DNA of 33,118 nucleotides from a virus (taxonomy: Duplodnaviria > Caudoviricetes). The notes under the pieces are model-generated. The model saw only the letters and a list, made by a program, of their open reading frames with translations. It had not been told where the DNA came from and ran no database searches. Location: the IMG/VR virus record IMGVR_UViG_3300032321_000616, positions 1 to 33,118 of that record; one strand, written 5' to 3'. How positions within the stretch are numbered: the stretch's first letter is position 1; every line of letters begins with the position of its first letter. A program made the translations under genes and the position numbers. Below are positions 1 to 8,452 of the stretch, in pieces.

Positions 1-17
1 AAAGAGGTTCGAAAAAA

Positions 18-752
18 ATGAAGTTGCCGTGGATTAAATTCTTTGTGGCAGACTGGCTTTCAGATGAGGCTCTGCGGTCTTGCTCGGTTGAGGCTAGGGG
101 TCTTTGGGCTGATATGATTTGCTTAATGGCAAAGTCAGATCGACACGGATATTTGCTTATCGGCGGCAATCCAGCTCGAAGCGAACAGCTTGCCAGAATT
201 TGCGGCCTAACTCCGCAACGGACATCCGAGTTGATGGATGAGTTGCACGCATCGGGAGTGTTCAGCTTCGACAAAGAGACCATCATTTCACGCCGAATGG
301 TTAAGGACGAGCAGTTGCGTAAGTCAGACGCTACTAGGAAGATGCGTATGCGTCACGGCGATGTCCAGAGAATGTCCAGAGAATGTCCCATCGAAAGTCC
401 GAGGCAGAAGCTAGAAGCCAGAAGCAAGAAGCTAGAATATACAAGGACGCAAGAGCGTCCTATGCGTGCGGATTGGATTGGGTATGCAAAAGAAATTGGA
501 TGGATAGGAACGGATGTGGAAAGTGCTTTTGATTATTATGAGAGCAACGGATGGAAGGTGGGAGGCAGGGCATCGGTTAAGGACTGGCGAGCTTGTGCCA
601 GAAATTGTCAGAGACGGAGCAACCAACAACCAATGAAGGGAAACAACCAACCAATGAAGAAACCAATCAAATCGGGGTGCGAATCCCCACCAACCTATAA
701 ATTAGCTGGATTCAACACTCATAGCGACTGGGTAGAAGCGGGGTGTCCGTGA
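18..752 (+). CDS. Phage replication initiator / replisome organizer-like protein
   Basis: The N-terminus PWIKFFVADWLSD..L..CS..ARG.W resembles YdaU/DUF1376-type initiators. The C-terminal FDYYESNGWKVG...KDWRACARN motif is typical of phage replication proteins. The central linker carries DNA repeats. Confidence 0.65.
   Translation: MKLPWIKFFVADWLSDEALRSCSVEARGLWADMICLMAKSDRHGYLLIGGNPARSEQLARICGLTPQRTSELMDELHASGVFSFDKETIISRRMVKDEQLRKSDATRKMRMRHGDVQRMSRECPIESPRQKLEARSKKLEYTRTQERPMRADWIGYAKEIGWIGTDVESAFDYYESNGWKVGGRASVKDWRACARNCQRRSNQQPMKGNNQPMKKPIKSGCESPPTYKLAGFNTHSDWVEAGCP
361..437 (+). repeat. Intragenic tandem repeats, candidate replication-origin iterons
   Basis: ATGTCCAGAGA x2 plus ATGTCCCA (361-390); AGAAGCN heptamer x4 plus a partial copy (406-437), all inside the initiator gene. 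Confidence 0.55.
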
Positions 753-1153
753 TTGCTCATCCTCAAGAGCTAGTCATAGCGGCAACCATCCACCGGGTTA
801 AGCTATGCGAGGACAAATTGCGTGAGTTTGAGCAAATGGTGACCACACTCACCGCCACAATGGCACAAAATCGAGCAGAATTGGCCTCACAAGGGCTTGA
901 AAAGCTCGTAATGGGTGTAACTACCCCCCTAGACATCCCAAAAGAGCTTATTCCCACTCGCGGAAAGGATGGAGCAAGGCGAAATCGTGAATACTCCACA
1001 GTTAGGAAGCGATGGACGCTCTGGAAGCACCAACTAGATAGCGGAATGTCGATGAGCGAGCTTGCGAGGGCTTGGGGAGTTCACAGAACAACCATAATGA
1101 ACGCAAAGAGCCGCAACTTTGCTGTTCGCAAGGCCAAAGGAGGCTCAAGATGA
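749..1153 (+). CDS. Hypothetical protein with C-terminal helix-turn-helix
   Basis: GTGA overlap with the upstream stop; MSMSELARAWGVHRTTIMNA is HTH-like. The start could instead be 743. Confidence 0.6.
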   Translation: MIAHPQELVIAATIHRVKLCEDKLREFEQMVTTLTATMAQNRAELASQGLEKLVMGVTTPLDIPKELIPTRGKDGARRNREYSTVRKRWTLWKHQLDSGMSMSELARAWGVHRTTIMNAKSRNFAVRKAKGGSR

Positions 1154-1422
1154 TTTCTATAGTTGAAGCAGAGCAGTTTGAGTTGCCTTTTATGAGAACC
1201 ACGCATCCAATAAAGACCGAAGGCCACGACCAGAACGCTCGCATCCTAGCACACTTGCAATCGGGTCGAACACTCACGGCTTTGGAGGCACTCGATTGGT
1301 TCAAGTGCTTTCGATTGGCTAGCCGAGTTTGTGATTTGCGGAAGGCTGGTTACGATGTGCAGAAGCGAACAGTCAAAACCAACAGCGGCAAAAACATCGC
1401 CCAGTATTATTTGTCTTGTTGA
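1150..1422 (+). CDS. Winged helix-turn-helix protein
   Basis: ATGA overlap at 1150; ILAHLQSGRTLTALEAL..F.CFRLASRVCDLRKAGY is a common phage wHTH pattern. Confidence 0.75.
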   Translation: MISIVEAEQFELPFMRTTHPIKTEGHDQNARILAHLQSGRTLTALEALDWFKCFRLASRVCDLRKAGYDVQKRTVKTNSGKNIAQYYLSC

Positions 1423-1440
1423 ATAACCCAAAACCACCCC

Positions 1441-1468
1441 TTGCATCAAACCAGACTCAAAGTAGCTT
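1441..1468 (+). promoter_or_regulatory. Possible sigma70-type promoter
   Basis: TTGCAT-N16-TAGCTT in the intergenic gap, 9 nt before ATG 1478. Confidence 0.35.
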
Positions 1469-1477
1469 AAAAACTCA

Positions 1478-1774
1478 ATGAACGAATCTTATGTAACCGC
1501 AGAGGCAAAGGCCAACGGCATACTTTCCGACCGCTACCCCGGAAAGGAACTGGAAAAGCTCTATGCCACGACTCGCAACCAAGCCACGATTGATATGTTG
1601 AGAGATGCCGTGTTCACGCTAATCACCAACGAGATTCCGACTTGCACGATTGCCGAGGTGCTAAAGAAAACACACGGAGCAATCCAGTATCACCTTCGAT
1701 ATTTAGAGGGAAGGGGAAAGATCAAAAGACCCAACAAGCGATGTCATTGGACGGAGGTGAAGCGTGAAGATTAA
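1478..1774 (+). CDS. HTH DNA-binding protein
   Basis: TCTIAEVLKKTHGAIQYHLRYLEGRGKI is winged-HTH-like. Confidence 0.6.
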   Translation: MNESYVTAEAKANGILSDRYPGKELEKLYATTRNQATIDMLRDAVFTLITNEIPTCTIAEVLKKTHGAIQYHLRYLEGRGKIKRPNKRCHWTEVKRED

Positions 1775-2318
1775 CAAGATGGAGGCCAAGGCAATCGAGG
1801 AACAGATCGACAAGCTTAAGACTCCGATTGACAACGAGCAAGGCAAAAGAACCAAGGGAGACGAATCCCCATCGAGACGCTACCGCCACCTATGCGAGCG
1901 TCTCCACTTCTTAACGATGAAAAAAGCCATCATCATCCTAGCCATCACGCTCTTGTGTTCAAGCCAAGCGGCTAACATAATGATTGAAACCCCAAGGCCA
2001 CCAGCCAAGAAAACCATCAAGGCTCGCATCACGGCATACTGGTTGGGAGAGGACGAGTTTGGCTACAAAAGCTCTACTGGAAAACGGTTAGTTTCTGGCA
2101 AGTCTTGTGCAGTAGACCCAAAAATTATCCCTTACGGAACGACCTTACTAATCGAGGGCAAGGCATACCACGCTCACGATACTGGTACGGCGGTTATCTC
2201 ACGGAAGGCATCGGGCAAGACCAAGCTCCCAGTTGTAGACCTTTTCTATGCCACAGAACGGCAAGCGAAGCGAGAGTTGGCAAGGGTGGGACGGACAGCA
2301 CTTGTAGAAATCCAATGA
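1764..2318 (+). CDS. 3D-domain (MltA-like, Asp-Asp-Asp) cell-wall protein with a hydrophobic signal or anchor segment
   Basis: ITAY...STG...CAVDPKIIPYGT...HDTG.AV...VVDLF is the 3D-domain pattern. MKKAIIILAITLLCSSQAA from ATG 1917 looks like a signal peptide and is an alternative start. Confidence 0.8.
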   Translation: MKINKMEAKAIEEQIDKLKTPIDNEQGKRTKGDESPSRRYRHLCERLHFLTMKKAIIILAITLLCSSQAANIMIETPRPPAKKTIKARITAYWLGEDEFGYKSSTGKRLVSGKSCAVDPKIIPYGTTLLIEGKAYHAHDTGTAVISRKASGKTKLPVVDLFYATERQAKRELARVGRTALVEIQ

Positions 2319-2848
2319 ACCACCAAGGCCAAGACCCAGCCGACAGCATCTTGGCATCCTACACGCCAAATATGGCAGACCATATCGACACCCTAGAAGA
2401 TCGTGTGAAGGAACGGCTTGCCCAAATGAAGGCGATGAACCCAGCCATTGACCTAGACCAACTAGCCAAGCTCACGGCAGAGGTGGTAGAGCAGACCATA
2501 AAACACGAAGGCGATTCCCAGATGTTGAGGCATAGGCGGGACGACACCTTGGATGAGGCACTACTAGCCCTAGCCAGCAACCGAAGCCCAGACAGCCTAA
2601 CCTCAATCGCAAAGCGTTATATCAACCCCTCGACTGGGAAACCTTATACGAGGGCGGCTATTTCGGCACGCCTTACGGAGTTGAGCCAACGCACCGGGCT
2701 AGTTTTACGCATCCAACGGAGCGAAAGGGTACGCCAAATCTACAAGGAACGAGCCTTGAGGGTTCACAAAAAGAGGCGGGAGGAATGCCCAAAATGGAAC
2801 AAGGATGCTTGGGTCAAGGGCATAAAAAAGCGAGGGAAAAAACGGTGA
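2315..2848 (+). CDS. Putative transcription regulator with sigma-region-4-like HTH; candidate late activator
   Basis: ATGA overlap at 2315; SLTSIAKRY...YTRAAISARLTEL resembles an HTH recognition helix; basic C-terminus; lies just before the packaging region. Confidence 0.45.
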   Translation: MNHQGQDPADSILASYTPNMADHIDTLEDRVKERLAQMKAMNPAIDLDQLAKLTAEVVEQTIKHEGDSQMLRHRRDDTLDEALLALASNRSPDSLTSIAKRYINPSTGKPYTRAAISARLTELSQRTGLVLRIQRSERVRQIYKERALRVHKKRREECPKWNKDAWVKGIKKRGKKR

Positions 2849-3135
2849 CAACTGGGTCAAAAGTAGTATGTGTGGACGATAGATTCCCGCCCGACATCCT
2901 AGCCTTTTACAACGCCCTACCAATCAAGGATAGGCACTACACAATAAGGGGCATAGGCATAGGGGTAGGCTTGAACGGAGAGGCAGGGGAGGTGGTCGTG
3001 TATTTGGAGGGACTAGAGAACCCCTGCTCAACTGTCCCGCCCTACCCGGAGCGAGGCTTTGCCCAGCATAGATTTCGAGAGATAGAACCACCCGCAGAAG
3101 TTGAGGCCGAGGAGTTGGCCGAGGCTTACGCATAA
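2845..3135 (+). CDS. Hypothetical protein (small beta-barrel-like)
   Basis: GTGA overlap at 2845; GSKVVCVDD...YTIR...GFAQHRFREI is a recurrent phage motif. Confidence 0.6.
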   Translation: MTTGSKVVCVDDRFPPDILAFYNALPIKDRHYTIRGIGIGVGLNGEAGEVVVYLEGLENPCSTVPPYPERGFAQHRFREIEPPAEVEAEELAEAYA

Positions 3136-3155
3136 CCCAAAAAGGACATCCCAAA

Positions 3156-3629
3156 ATGAGCGAAAAGCAAATCGGAATGGAGCTACAAAAGACAGTCAAG
3201 CAGTTAGAAAAGGCCAAGGAAAATGCCATACAACAGATGGGGGAGGCGATAGGGCTGGCGGCAGACGCTGGCGACCTGCTCCTATCAGCACGGGTAGAGG
3301 GGCTAGACCTAGAGGCCATCCAAGAAATAGCACAAATAAACGGTGAGCAAGCAAGGCGGTATGAGCGTGTGGCAAAGGCAAGGCCATCCCTGCAAGCCCC
3401 CACCCCCGGTGGCCTCAAGCAACTAGCCCTTTGGACTGGGCTACTACCCGACCCCATTGAGACCAGCAACCCCAAGGCCGAGCAAGCGTGGCATAGCTAC
3501 ATCATCAAGGCTCGCCAATGGCTTGCCCGAAAGAGCGTAACCCATTGGACACCAGCCCAAAAGACCCAGTTCCTTGAAGAAGCTCGTCCCATTGTTGAGG
3601 CGTTCAAGGAGGCGGGGGGCGAGCTATGA
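3156..3629 (+). CDS. Hypothetical alpha-helical protein
   Basis: Clean 157-aa ORF with an A-rich start context. Confidence 0.65.
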   Translation: MSEKQIGMELQKTVKQLEKAKENAIQQMGEAIGLAADAGDLLLSARVEGLDLEAIQEIAQINGEQARRYERVAKARPSLQAPTPGGLKQLALWTGLLPDPIETSNPKAEQAWHSYIIKARQWLARKSVTHWTPAQKTQFLEEARPIVEAFKEAGGEL

Positions 3630-3644
3630 CAAAAGTGATATGCT

Positions 3645-3866
3645 ACTTACGCAAGTTTTTACACAAGGCACAAGTGCGACTTACGCAAGTAGGGTCGTTG
3701 ATTATAGGGTACTTACGCAAGATAGGGTCAATAGTGCGTAGTATCAACAAGTTAGGAGACTCCTACAACGCAAAAAGCACCCAAAACAGGTTCCGACCGC
3801 GACTTTTTTGTGAGAGTTGACCGAAGAATCTTTATGTCAAACACTTACACCACAAATCTTGCGTAA
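3645..3866. repeat. Candidate cos/packaging region with direct and inverted repeats
   Basis: ACTTACGCAAG at 3645, 3679 and 3711; inverted ATCTTGCGTAA at 3856; IHF consensus TATCAACAAGTTA at 3742-3754; dyad TAGGAG-A-CTCCTA at 3753-3765; lies upstream of the terminase genes. Confidence 0.6.
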
Positions 3867-3880
3867 CTTTTTTAACAACT

Positions 3881-5062
3881 ATGAAATACCCCTGCTTGCT
3901 TACCAAAAAAATCAACGAAATTTCTTCGGCAAAATATAACCCAAGAAAAATTACAGATGAGGCGATGGGTCGATTGACCAAGAGCCTAGCGGAGTTTGGA
4001 AACATCCAGCCGATCACTTGGAATGTGCGAACTGGGAATGTTGTCGGAGGCCACCAGAGGCTCAAGGTCTACAAGGCTATGGGCAAAACCGAGGTCGATG
4101 TTTGGGCGGTTGATCTGGATGAGCAAAAGGAGAAGGCGGCCAACATAGCCCTCAACAAGTTGAGTGGAGAGTTCGATATGCCGATGCTCAAAGACATTTT
4201 AGAAGAAATCGATACTGGCGATCTGGATATGGAAATTACTGGGTTTGGTATGGACGAGATTGCCTTGATGATGGAGGACGCACACCCAGAAGTAACCGAG
4301 GACGAAGTGCCAGAAGTTCCGGTTGATGCCATCACCAAGCCGGGTGACTTGTGGATTCTTGGGGAACACCGAGTGCTTTGCGGAGATTCAACAAGCGAGG
4401 CAGATGTGTCTAGGCTTATGAACGGAGAAAAGGCAGATATGGTTTTCACAGACCCGCCCTATGGCGTTAATTATGATGGAGGACACGCAACAGATAAGCG
4501 TAGGGAAAAACTTAAAAACGATAACTCCACGCTAATCTACGACGACTCTGTTCCAAATATGTTTAGGCACTCGAAAGATGAGGCCGCACTATATTTATGG
4601 TTTGCCGCAACCAAGTCGCTCCAAGTCCTCCAAGTCCTCCAAGCAAATAATTATGTGATTCGTAGTTGGCTCATTTGGAATAAAAATCAAGCTCAATTCG
4701 GAGCTATTGGGGCACAATATAAGCAGAAGCACGAACCTTGCTTGTATTGTTTCAAAAAAGGACAAAGCCCATATTGGAACGGGCCGAACAATGAGGTTTC
4801 TGTTTGGGACGAAAAGCGTTCAAGAATAAACGAGTTTCACCCGACACAAAAGCCAGTTGAGCTATCTGCAAGGGCATTAGCAAATTCTTGCCCAGCAAGC
4901 GGGCTGGTTCTCGATCTATTTTTGGGTTCTGGTGCAACTCTTATTGGTGCAGAACAAACCAAACGCAAATGCTACGGAATGGAAATCAGCCCCAACTACT
5001 GCGATGTGATTGTGAAGCGATGGGAAAACCTTACTGGCAAAAAGGCCACGCTTGCCAAATGA
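3881..5062 (+). CDS. ParB-like N-terminal domain fused to an N6-adenine/N4-cytosine DNA methyltransferase
   Basis: YNPR...GNIQPI...VGGHQRL (ParB); TDPPY catalytic motif, HPTQKPVEL and VLDLFLGSGAT SAM-binding motif in beta-class order. Confidence 0.92.
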   Translation: MKYPCLLTKKINEISSAKYNPRKITDEAMGRLTKSLAEFGNIQPITWNVRTGNVVGGHQRLKVYKAMGKTEVDVWAVDLDEQKEKAANIALNKLSGEFDMPMLKDILEEIDTGDLDMEITGFGMDEIALMMEDAHPEVTEDEVPEVPVDAITKPGDLWILGEHRVLCGDSTSEADVSRLMNGEKADMVFTDPPYGVNYDGGHATDKRREKLKNDNSTLIYDDSVPNMFRHSKDEAALYLWFAATKSLQVLQVLQANNYVIRSWLIWNKNQAQFGAIGAQYKQKHEPCLYCFKKGQSPYWNGPNNEVSVWDEKRSRINEFHPTQKPVELSARALANSCPASGLVLDLFLGSGATLIGAEQTKRKCYGMEISPNYCDVIVKRWENLTGKKATLAK

Positions 5063-5095
5063 ATGAGGACTATCCCTCCGCAGTAAAGCTATCCA

Positions 5096-5695
5096 ATGAT
5101 TACCCAAAAAGAACTTCGAGAAAAGTGGGGCATCGATGCCGGGCAGTTGTCTCGAATGGTAAAGCGAGGAATGCCCCTCACTTCCGAGTCAGACGCTCAA
5201 AGATGGAGGCTCGCCAACCAGAAGCGGGTGAGCAAATCACAGATAGCCCGAACACCATCCCCGACCTCATCAGAGCCATTAAAAGACTCGGATGCCGAGT
5301 CATACAAATCGAAAACCTCGCTTGGCAGATTGAATCGAGCGAAGCAAGCCGAGGTAGTTGCTTACTCATTGGTAGCTACGGCGGCAAACAATCAAAACCC
5401 AGTAGCTATGCGGTCGGCAGTTCAGGGATGGGGCGAAGCAAAAAAGCGAGTCGCAGAGGCCGAAATGGAACACGCTCGGTTCGAGGAAGTAACCAGAGTG
5501 CTAGTGAGAATGGACGAGGTTCGAGAAGTGTTCGGCAAATGGCTAGGAGCAATTAGAAACCTAATGGATGCTATGCCTTCGAGCTTGGCGGCCAGAGCAA
5601 ACCCTAGCGACCCAGAGTGTGCTAAAAGGGCTATCCAAGAGGGCATCGATCAAATCTTTGTGACTATTCAGAAAGCAGAAGGAGCATTCAAATGA
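5096..5695 (+). CDS. Terminase small subunit (Nu1-like)
   Basis: N-terminal wHTH (TQKELREKWGIDAGQLSRMVKRGMP), coiled coil, and an LV..DEV...MPSSLA C-terminal pattern; upstream of a GpA terminase. Confidence 0.75.
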   Translation: MITQKELREKWGIDAGQLSRMVKRGMPLTSESDAQRWRLANQKRVSKSQIARTPSPTSSEPLKDSDAESYKSKTSLGRLNRAKQAEVVAYSLVATAANNQNPVAMRSAVQGWGEAKKRVAEAEMEHARFEEVTRVLVRMDEVREVFGKWLGAIRNLMDAMPSSLAARANPSDPECAKRAIQEGIDQIFVTIQKAEGAFK

Positions 5696-5766
5696 ACGAG
5701 TGCTTTATTGTTTTGCTGGTAGCAATCGCAATCCTTGGCATAGTGCTTCCATTCTTTGACCGATGA
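5692..5766 (+). CDS. 24-aa single-pass membrane peptide (not in ORF track)
   Basis: MNECFIVLLVAIAILGIVLPFFDR, with ATGA overlaps to both neighbouring genes. Confidence 0.55.
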   Translation: MNECFIVLLVAIAILGIVLPFFDR

Positions 5767-6143
5767 GAACTTTATCCGAAAAAAAATTTAGGAAAAGATA
5801 CAAGAATAGGAAACGAAGAGATAATTATGTTTGGGTATGGGAATATAAAGCAAATACTCCGTGCAAGGATTGTGGTGGTAAGTATCATCCGGTTATGATG
5901 GAGTTTGACCATAGATCACCAACAGAAAAAACAGGGCTAGTTTCGGGTCTAATGAGTTCGTCTTGTAATAGAATAATGAAAGAAATTGAGAAATGTGATT
6001 TGGTCTGTTCGAACTGCCATCAATACAGAACATATACACGAGGTCAGCATAGGCTGGCTAGGCTTGGCAGGAGATGGGGCGAGAAAGAATATCCAGACTC
6101 AAGCCATCAGCAACTCGATCTAATGTTCGTGAATGCCACATAA
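5763..6143 (+). CDS. HNH endonuclease-family protein
   Basis: CKDC...EFDH...CDLVCSNCH. Confidence 0.8.
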   Translation: MRTLSEKKFRKRYKNRKRRDNYVWVWEYKANTPCKDCGGKYHPVMMEFDHRSPTEKTGLVSGLMSSSCNRIMKEIEKCDLVCSNCHQYRTYTRGQHRLARLGRRWGEKEYPDSSHQQLDLMFVNAT

Positions 6144-6448
6144 TGAAACGCTCTCCACTTAAACGCAAAACCCCACTCAAGAGAGGCGGGAAACTACGCC
6201 GAGTATCTGCAAAGAGAAAAGGCCAGAACGAAGTCTATAAAGATGTGCGAGAGAAGTTTCTGATCAACAATCCAATCTGCCAAGTGTGTCGTTGCAAGAT
6301 GGCAAGCCAAGTTCACCATAGGCGAGGAAGGTTTGGGGATAGGCTCAACGAGATGGAGTTCTTCTTGGCGGTTTGCTTTGAATGCCATCATCAAATCCAT
6401 ATGAACCCAGCTTGGGCATATGCAAAAGATTATCTGGTCAAGAGATGA
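6143..6448 (+). CDS. HNH endonuclease-family protein (probable packaging-associated nuclease)
   Basis: Basic N-terminus MKRSPLKRKTPLKR; CQVC...VHHRRGR...VCFECHHQIH; overlaps the terminase start. Confidence 0.8.
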   Translation: MKRSPLKRKTPLKRGGKLRRVSAKRKGQNEVYKDVREKFLINNPICQVCRCKMASQVHHRRGRFGDRLNEMEFFLAVCFECHHQIHMNPAWAYAKDYLVKR

Positions 6449-8232
6449 ACCAGATTGATGAGGCCAAGAACTTCGCTCGCCTTTTATTTGAGCCAAGGGA
6501 ACAACTTTCAATCCCAGAATGGGCAGAGAAAAACTTAACGCTTTCAGCTAGGGTTACGAACATACCCGGTGCGTACTCGACAAACCTCACACCCTATGTC
6601 CGTGAGCCCCTAGAGGCTTTTGGCGATGATTCGATTCGTAGGGTGGTGTTGGTGTGGGGGGCACAAACAAGCAAGACCACAACGATTCTAGCTGGCCTAG
6701 CGTACCGAATAGCAGAGAGACCTTGCCCCGCATTGTGGGTAATGCCGAGCGAGCATCTTGCTAGGTCTTTCACGGAAACTAGGTGGTTGCCAATGATCGA
6801 TGACTGCCCAGCCCTAGCCAAAGAAAAGCCAGACAACACCGACAAAATAAAAATCCTAGAGCAACACTTCAAGCGATGCTCGGTCTGGTGGGCTGGCACT
6901 AGCCCCTCGGCTCTTTCCAGTCGCTCGATTGCCTTGTTGTGTATGGATGAGGTGGACAAATTCCCAGAGCAAGCGGGGTCGGGGCGAGAAGCAAACCCAG
7001 TTCAACTAGCAGAGGCCAGAGTAAGCACCTACCCAAACCATCTCATCATAGCAACCAGCACCCCGACAACCGCAGACTCGATCATTTGGAGCGAGTGGCA
7101 AAAAGGGGATATGCGTTTCTATTTCGTCCCTTGTCCTCATTGTGGGCATAAGCAGAAGCTGGTCTGGGGGCAAGTGAAGTGGGACGAGGCGGCAAAGATC
7201 GAGGATGGAGTTTATGATTTTAAGCTAGTTAAATCCTCCACCTACTACGAGTGCGAGGAGTGCAAGGGCAAGATTCAAGACGGCCAGAAAACCAAGATGC
7301 TCCGAGAGGGGGAGTGGAGGGCAACTAATCCCAAGGGCGAACCAGCCAGACGCTCCTATCACCTCAACGGCCTATACGCTCCGTGGGTTAGCTTTGGAAG
7401 TTTGGCGGTGAAGTTTCTGCAAGATAAATATAATGTAATCATAGGGCTACAAGACTTCGTGAACCGAGTTCTAGCAGAACCTTGGATGGAACACGAATCA
7501 GAGAAGATGGAGATTGTGGCTGGCGATTACAAGATGGGAGAAGTCAGAGTAAATGAGAAGCTGATTATGGCTTGCGACATCCAAGAGGCAGGGGGCTTTC
7601 ACGCTTGGTGCGTTGTTCGTGCTTGGGATTTAGAGGGACGCTCTAGGCTTGTGTGGGCTGGAAGGCTTGAGACTTGGGGAGACATTCAAGCCAAGGCAGA
7701 AGAGTTTGGCGTAGAACATAAATGCGTTTTCTGCGATTCGGGCGATCAAACCAGAGATGTTTATTTGAATTGTTGTAAGAATGGTTGGATGGCCTTGGTC
7801 GGTTCAGATCGCACTAGCTTCTCTGAAATTGTAGATGATCGAAAGCTCCAACGCCCTTACGCTCGAATCGCAAATGGAGACCCCTTCAGCGGTAAGGCAG
7901 TTCAATCAAAGACAGGGTGGAAGTGGAAGTTCTGCCCAGTTTGGCGTTGGTCGAACCCATCCATCAAAGACATCTTATCAAATCTCTTAAAAGAACCCGG
8001 CTACATCGCTCTCGACACCCCCGATGTTTGGCGAGTGCATATCGAAGCAGAGGTTAAGGTGCGGGTGAAAAATCCTATGACTGGAAGGGAAAGGCTTGTG
8101 TGGAAGCAAGTGGGGAAGCATAATCATTTGATGGACTGTGAATGTATGAACATCGTTGGTGCGGCTTTGTATGGGCGGTTGAAAGTCTCACCCGCAAGTT
8201 TGACAGAGGAGGTTGAGAATGGCGAAGGGTGA
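6445..8232 (+). CDS. Terminase large subunit, lambda GpA family
   Basis: EWAE...PG....TPY.REP; Walker A variant AQTSKTT; Walker B LLCMDEVD; STPT; GDMRFYFVPCPHCG; CEEC; C-terminal NHLMDC nuclease motif. Confidence 0.95.
   Translation: MNQIDEAKNFARLLFEPREQLSIPEWAEKNLTLSARVTNIPGAYSTNLTPYVREPLEAFGDDSIRRVVLVWGAQTSKTTTILAGLAYRIAERPCPALWVMPSEHLARSFTETRWLPMIDDCPALAKEKPDNTDKIKILEQHFKRCSVWWAGTSPSALSSRSIALLCMDEVDKFPEQAGSGREANPVQLAEARVSTYPNHLIIATSTPTTADSIIWSEWQKGDMRFYFVPCPHCGHKQKLVWGQVKWDEAAKIEDGVYDFKLVKSSTYYECEECKGKIQDGQKTKMLREGEWRATNPKGEPARRSYHLNGLYAPWVSFGSLAVKFLQDKYNVIIGLQDFVNRVLAEPWMEHESEKMEIVAGDYKMGEVRVNEKLIMACDIQEAGGFHAWCVVRAWDLEGRSRLVWAGRLETWGDIQAKAEEFGVEHKCVFCDSGDQTRDVYLNCCKNGWMALVGSDRTSFSEIVDDRKLQRPYARIANGDPFSGKAVQSKTGWKWKFCPVWRWSNPSIKDILSNLLKEPGYIALDTPDVWRVHIEAEVKVRVKNPMTGRERLVWKQVGKHNHLMDCECMNIVGAALYGRLKVSPASLTEEVENGEG
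8200..8205 (+). promoter_or_regulatory. TTGACA late-module motif (N13 to ATG 8219)
   Basis: Member of the recurrent TTGACA-N13-15-start family. Confidence 0.55.
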
Positions 8233-8452
8233 TTTCATTGGGCTACCCCTTGCTACCCTAACTTCTCTTCGTGACAAGTATGTTACTTGTTTAGAGGCGA
8301 TTGCGGTGGCGGGTTCAAGCTATTCGATAGCTGGTCGTTCGTTTTCAAGAGCGAATCTCGGTGAGGTAAGAGATACGATTGCGGAATTGACCCTAGCCAT
8401 TCAGTCTGTTAATGGTACTCGCATCCGCACAACTTACACAAAGTTCTCGTGA
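8219..8452 (+). CDS. Head completion / head-tail joining protein (gpW-like)
   Basis: Small ORF between terminase and portal; GSSYSIAGRSFSRANL resembles gpW-type proteins. Confidence 0.75.
   Translation: MAKGDFIGLPLATLTSLRDKYVTCLEAIAVAGSSYSIAGRSFSRANLGEVRDTIAELTLAIQSVNGTRIRTTYTKFS

Noticed and set aside
1828-1833. Intragenic TTGACA (also at 31852)
   Set aside because: No plausible gene start lies 13-15 nt downstream; treated as chance occurrences.
3645-3721. Possible mini-CRISPR array
   Set aside because: The repeats are only 11 bp with 21-23-bp gaps, an inverted copy is present, and no cas genes are in the window.
3626-3820. 64-aa ORF in the track
   Set aside because: Its sequence just reflects the ACTTACGCAAG DNA repeats; the region is better explained as a cis-acting packaging site.
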